In this document: piece after piece, positions 8,179 through 11,666 of the stretch | How positions within the stretch are numbered: the first letter of the stretch is position 1 | Layout of the letters: the number at the start of each line of letters is the position of its first letter | Origin: Vulcanimicrobiales bacterium | Lineage (GTDB): Bacteria; Vulcanimicrobiota; Vulcanimicrobiia; Vulcanimicrobiales; Vulcanimicrobiaceae | Assembly: GCA_038215615.1 (NCBI GenBank) | Contig: JBBQQR010000035.1 | Coordinates: 1 to 11,666 of the forward strand | Reading direction: 5' to 3' | DNA: 11,666 nucleotides | Translations under genes and position numbers: made by a program | The notes under the pieces: generated by a model | Seen by the model: only the letters and a program-made list of their open reading frames with translations | What the model was told of the DNA's origin: nothing | The model's database searches: none

Positions 8179-8214
8179 GCGAGGCGCTTCGCGCGACGGC
8201 GCGAAGAGCCATGC
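8179..8214. promoter_or_regulatory. 36-bp near-palindromic divergent control region between psuK and selD
   Basis: CTTCGCGC(8187-8194)-GACG-GCGCGAAG(8199-8206) is a perfect 8-bp inverted repeat. It is extended by GGC/GCC after one mismatch and flanked by TGCATG/CATGCA. Confidence 0.6.
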
Positions 8215-9258
8215 ATGACGAAAGCCGATATCTTGCGGCTAACGCACCTTTCCAGCTGCGCGGGTTGAGCGTCCAAGATGGACGCCGCCGTCCTCGCGCA
8301 GGTCCTGCACGAGCTACCTAAGATCGACGATCCGAATGTGCTGGTCGGCAGCGCGACGGCAGATGATGCCGGCGTCTACCGGCTGAGCGACGACCTGGCG
8401 CTCGTGCAGACGGTCGACTTCTTCACGCCTATCGTCGACGATCCACGGCAGTACGGACAGATCGCCGCCGCCAACGCGCTCTCGGACATCTACGCGATGG
8501 GCGCGCGCCCGATCGCCGCGCTCGCAATCGGCGCTTTTCCGGAAAGTATGGACGTAAGAGTTATCGCCGCCATCCTGGCCGGGGGCGCTGAAAAGGCGCG
8601 CGAAGCCGGCATCGCGATCATCGGCGGCCACACGATTAAAGACGACGAACCCAAATACGGACTTGCCGTCAGCGGCGTCGTGCATCCCGGCAAAATTTGG
8701 CGCAACAACACCGGGAAGCCCGGCGACGCGCTGGTACTGACCAAAGCGATCGGCACCGGAATTCTCACGACTGCGCGCCGCAATGACGCGATCGGCGACG
8801 ACGTACTGCAGCCTGCAATCGATTCGATGCTTACGCTGAATCGCGAGGCGGCGGCCATTGGAGCGCAATTCGACGTGCACGCCGCCACCGACGTGACGGG
8901 ATTCGGGCTCATCGGTCATCTCCGCGAGATGACGGCGAGCGGAGCGGGCGCAGAAATCTCGGCCCACTCCGTCATGCTGTTCGATGAAGTCGAGCGTCTC
9001 GCGCAAGCGGACAGCGTGCCCGGCGGAACGCGGACGAATTACCGTCTGGCGATAGAAAATGGCGTGCAGTTTTCCGATAGCGTTTCGCCGGCGCGGCGGC
9101 TCGCGCTCTGCGATGCGCAAACGTCGGGCGGATTGCTGTTCGCGGTACCGCCCGAACGCTCGACTGAATTGGTCCGCGCGCTAAAAAAAGCCGGGCTCGG
9201 CAACGCAAGCGAAATTGGATCGCTTACGCCCGAGCCCGTGATTTTGGTCGTCGATTAG
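8215..9258 (+). CDS. selD: Selenide, water dikinase (selenophosphate synthetase), selenocysteine-containing form
   Basis: ATG 8215 is in frame with the ORF-track start at 8278 and reads MTKADILRLTHLSSCAG-TGA-ASKMDAAVL. TGA 8266-8268 sits at the catalytic Cys/Sec position, three residues before the conserved Lys. The body has 'DDAGVY', 'VQTVDFFTPIVDDP', 'ANALSDIYAMG', 'GGHT', 'TDVTGFGL' and 'QTSGGLL'. Confidence 0.96.
8293..8313 (+). promoter_or_regulatory. Candidate bacterial SECIS element of selD
   Basis: CTCG-C-GCAG-GTC-CTGC-A-CGAG is a stem with a C.A mismatch and an apical loop beginning GU, 33 nt after the UGA. It resembles the apical GCAGGUCUGCA of the E. coli fdhF SECIS. Confidence 0.72.
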
Positions 9259-9259
9259 T

Positions 9260-9550
9260 TTAGGGACGCGTGTCATAGGTCGTCGACGCAACCGTCGTGT
9301 CGCGACGCAGACCCATCAATCCGAGCAGACCCGCCAAACCGAGCAATCCCCACCATCCCGTTTGCGGATTATTGGTGACTGCCGAAGTGGTCGTGGTCGC
9401 ATCCGACGTCGTGGTCGTGGTTGCCGGGCTGGCAACGGGGCTGGCGGCCGTGGTCGCTTGCGCGTATTGCGCGAACGCGACGCCCGGCGTCATCGCAAGA
9501 GCCGCCGCAAAAATTGCGCCGGCGGCAACTTTCCCGATGGATACTCTCAT
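9260..9550 (-). CDS. Small exported Thr/Ala-rich protein with WGxxGxxG-CTERM sorting motif
   Basis: Start reassigned to ATG 9550 because GGGAGGAG lies at 9558-9565. 96 aa: signal peptide ending 'AFA', a low-complexity T/A/S/P body, then 'GWWGLLGLAGLLGLMGLRR'. Confidence 0.88.
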   Translation of the reverse strand: MRVSIGKVAAGAIFAAALAMTPGVAFAQYAQATTAASPVASPATTTTTSDATTTTSAVTNNPQTGWWGLLGLAGLLGLMGLRRDTTVASTTYDTRP

Positions 9551-9590
9551 GTGGTAACTCCTCCCAAAACAAAGGCCTTGATACTGCTTC

Positions 9591-9615
9591 TTACCCGCCA
9601 AGCAGGCGGCTGAAC
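9591..9615 (-). promoter_or_regulatory. Candidate SigB/SigF-type general-stress promoter for the WGxxGxxG gene
   Basis: Minus strand GTTCAG-N13-GGGTAA, compared with the SigB consensus GTTTAA-N12-14-GGGWAW. The -10 box lies 40 nt upstream of the ATG. Confidence 0.55.
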
Positions 9616-9666
9616 GGGAGGCTGCCGCTCGCTCGCTAAGAGTGTCGGGATTCTTGGGAGGACGGC

Positions 9667-11385
9667 ATGAAATCTTCGCATCCCGCTTTGCGCATCTTTA
9701 CGGTCGCCGGATTGGCGTTGTTTTTCTGCGTGCTGAACCTGCCCGATCTCGTGCGGACCATCGGTTATCCCAACGGAGATATCGGCTTCCGGACGGATGG
9801 AACGATCGCGACCGTGGTAGCGCCGGAGCTGCCCGCATCCCGCGCCGGCGTCCGGGAGGGAGACAGGCTGGACCTCTCACGGTTGACGCCCGCCGGGCGC
9901 TCGGCGGTCATCGGCGGATATCTACCTTCTCCCGGTGACAGAGCCGCCATCGGCTTTTGGCATGAGGGAAAATTTCACCGAGCGACCCTCGTGGCAGTCG
10001 CCGAGGCTACAAAGCCTGCGTTTATCATCATTCGCGAAATCGTATTTTTCATCCCGATGCTGATCGGAGTTTTTCTGGTTCTCCTCCGGCCGAGTCCGAT
10101 CACATGGGGATTCTTTCTGTTCTCACTGACGGCCGGCGGATCGCCGCCCAACTCCGTTTCCACGTCGCGTTTTTCAAGCGACTGGAATGCCGAAGCGGCT
10201 CTCTCGCTGATTTTCATAACAATCGGCGCGGTACTTCCGAAAATAGGCTTGGTCTTGTTTGCGTTCAGCCTCGCGCGGCGCGCGCTCTCGCCTTGGATTT
10301 GGGCCGCTCTTGGTCTCACGTTTTTTCTCGGAGTCATCGAAGTAGTGCCGCAACTCGCCCATCCGGAGCTGGCCGGAAACGGAAGCTGGCCGGCGCTCGC
10401 AGCGTTTTGCGAGATCGCCGCGGCGGCGATCGCGCTGTCGGGGCTTATTTACGCCTACATGCACGTCACGCTTCGGCTGCGACAACGGCTGCATTGGATC
10501 GCAGCAGGGTTCATCCTGTGGCTTATCGTTGACGTGATCGATGCGCTGCTTTGGCCCGCATACGAGTCATATGCCCTTCACACTGCGATAGATGCGTCCC
10601 AGATTATTTTTCCATTAACGGTCACGTACGCAATTTTTCGCGAGCGGGTCATCGACATCAATTTCGTCGTCAGCCGGACGCTGGCATACGGCCTGCTCAC
10701 GACCGCAATCGTCGGCGTCTTCGCACTGCTCGACTTATTCTTGTCGCGCACGATGGAAGCGCGTTTCAGTTTGCCTGTCGACATCGTGGTCGCGCTCGTG
10801 CTCGGCTTTTTCTTTCACGCGTTACGCGGACGCATCGACGCGGGGGTCGACCGGGTCATCTTCCGCAAACGGCACGTCGCCGAAACCCGCTTGGCCCGTG
10901 CGGCAAGAGCGGTCGTGCACGTCGAAGAGACTTCAGCCATAGCTGATTATCTCACGCGCCTTCCCGCAGAAGTGCTCGATCTCACCGGCGCCGCGCTGTA
11001 CATGCGTCGAGGCACGGGTTTCGCCCTGGAACAGGATTGCGGTTGGAAGCACTCTCCGGCGCAAACGCTCTCGTCGTCGGATCCGCTCGTGGCCTTCATC
11101 AGCTCCGAACTCGCGCCCGTGCGCGTAGGCGATGTGCCGATGCAAGCCGAGCATCTCGACCGGCTCGACGCGCCGGTGTTGGCGATCCCGCTCGTGTTTC
11201 GGAGAGAACTTGCCGGCTTCGTGCTCTATGGCGCGCACGATGACGGGGCCGACCTCGATAGCGACGACGAGCGCGCGCTCGTACCGCTGGTCAATAATGC
11301 GGCCGTCACTTACGATCACTTGGAGGCACAAGCGCTACGGGAAGAGATCGCTCGGCTGCGTTCGTTAGAACCGGCGCTATCCTAA
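9667..11385 (+). CDS. Polytopic membrane protein with N-terminal PDZ-like domain and C-terminal GAF domain (no catalytic output domain)
   Basis: GGGAGGA ribosome-binding site. N-terminal TM, PDZ-like 'VVAPELPASRAGVREGDRL', roughly 8-9 further hydrophobic helices, 'RIDAGVDRVIFR', a GAF-like 'LAIPLVFRRELAGFVLYG...DDERALVPLVNNAA' and a short terminal coiled coil. Confidence 0.8.
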   Translation: MKSSHPALRIFTVAGLALFFCVLNLPDLVRTIGYPNGDIGFRTDGTIATVVAPELPASRAGVREGDRLDLSRLTPAGRSAVIGGYLPSPGDRAAIGFWHEGKFHRATLVAVAEATKPAFIIIREIVFFIPMLIGVFLVLLRPSPITWGFFLFSLTAGGSPPNSVSTSRFSSDWNAEAALSLIFITIGAVLPKIGLVLFAFSLARRALSPWIWAALGLTFFLGVIEVVPQLAHPELAGNGSWPALAAFCEIAAAAIALSGLIYAYMHVTLRLRQRLHWIAAGFILWLIVDVIDALLWPAYESYALHTAIDASQIIFPLTVTYAIFRERVIDINFVVSRTLAYGLLTTAIVGVFALLDLFLSRTMEARFSLPVDIVVALVLGFFFHALRGRIDAGVDRVIFRKRHVAETRLARAARAVVHVEETSAIADYLTRLPAEVLDLTGAALYMRRGTGFALEQDCGWKHSPAQTLSSSDPLVAFISSELAPVRVGDVPMQAEHLDRLDAPVLAIPLVFRRELAGFVLYGAHDDGADLDSDDERALVPLVNNAAVTYDHLEAQALREEIARLRSLEPALS

Positions 11386-11387
11386 GC

Positions 11388-11666
11388 TTACCCTACCTCG
11401 AAGAGTCCCGCTGCGCCCATTCCGCCGCCGATGCACATCGTCACCACGACGTACTTAGCTTTGCGCTTCTTTCCTTCGATCAGGGCGTGCATCGTCATGC
11501 GCGCACCGGACATGCCGTATGGATGACCGATCGCAATGGCGCCGCCGCTCACGTTAAAGCGTTCGTTCGGGATCCCCAGCGCGTCGCGGCAATACACCGT
11601 TTGCACCGCGAAGGCTTCGTTCAATTCCCACAAGCCGATGTCGTCGATCGTCAGGCCGTGTTGTTT
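11388..11666 (-). CDS. Thiolase (acetyl-CoA C-acyltransferase), 3' part; begins beyond the right edge
   Basis: The frame is open to the window end ([20 protein letters not shown]...). Thiolase motifs 'NEAF', '[14 protein letters not shown]' and 'MCIGGGMG'. Confidence 0.96.
   Translation of the reverse strand, partial: KQHGLTIDDIGLWELNEAFAVQTVYCRDALGIPNERFNVSGGAIAIGHPYGMSGARMTMHALIEGKKRKAKYVVVTMCIGGGMGAAGLFEVG

Noticed and set aside
8314..9120. 268-aa antisense ORF in selD, and similar long shadow ORFs (283-894, 3097-3924, 5146-5718, 5630-6214, 1210-1722)
   Set aside because: They overlap well-supported genes, are Arg/Ala-rich without motifs, and are expected from high-GC codon bias.
8278..9258. 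ORF-track start of selD at 8278, or a pseudogene call because of the TGA
   Set aside because: This start would delete the catalytic Cys/Sec-x-x-Lys loop. The TGA falls exactly at the catalytic position and is followed by a SECIS-like hairpin.
9551..9666. Upstream starts at 9601 (WGxxGxxG gene) and the 9642-9938 ORF
   Set aside because: Strong SD sequences support ATG 9550 and ATG 9667 instead, and the alternatives lack coding features.

Overview
This is a GC-rich, gene-dense bacterial chromosomal window with no mobile element, CRISPR array or RNA gene that I can support. The gene content (lipoprotein S53 peptidase, SpoIIE-HATPase fusion sensor, PDZ-membrane-GAF protein, WGxxGxxG protein) resembles Ca. 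Eremiobacterota/Vulcanimicrobiota, but that assignment is inference only. The minus strand carries, left to right: the 5' end of an FAD-dependent oxidoreductase, murI, an AMIN/Amidase_3 cell-wall amidase, a GerMN protein, an S53 peptidase, a HAMP-SpoIIE-HATPase sensor, psuG and psuK. Divergent from psuK is selD. After selD come a WGxxGxxG-CTERM small protein (-), a PDZ/multi-TM/GAF membrane protein (+) and the 3' end of a thiolase (-). The main hidden signal is that the ORF track truncates selD. The gene really starts at 8215 and reads through an in-frame TGA (8266-8268) as selenocysteine in a C-A-G-U-A-S-K motif, followed by an fdhF-like SECIS hairpin. The 36-bp psuK/selD spacer is a near-palindrome carrying a symmetric GG-N17-CGAAG-N8-ATG motif on both strands. 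A cluster of single-base changes around the peptidase catalytic Ser is either an assembly artefact or local mutagenesis.
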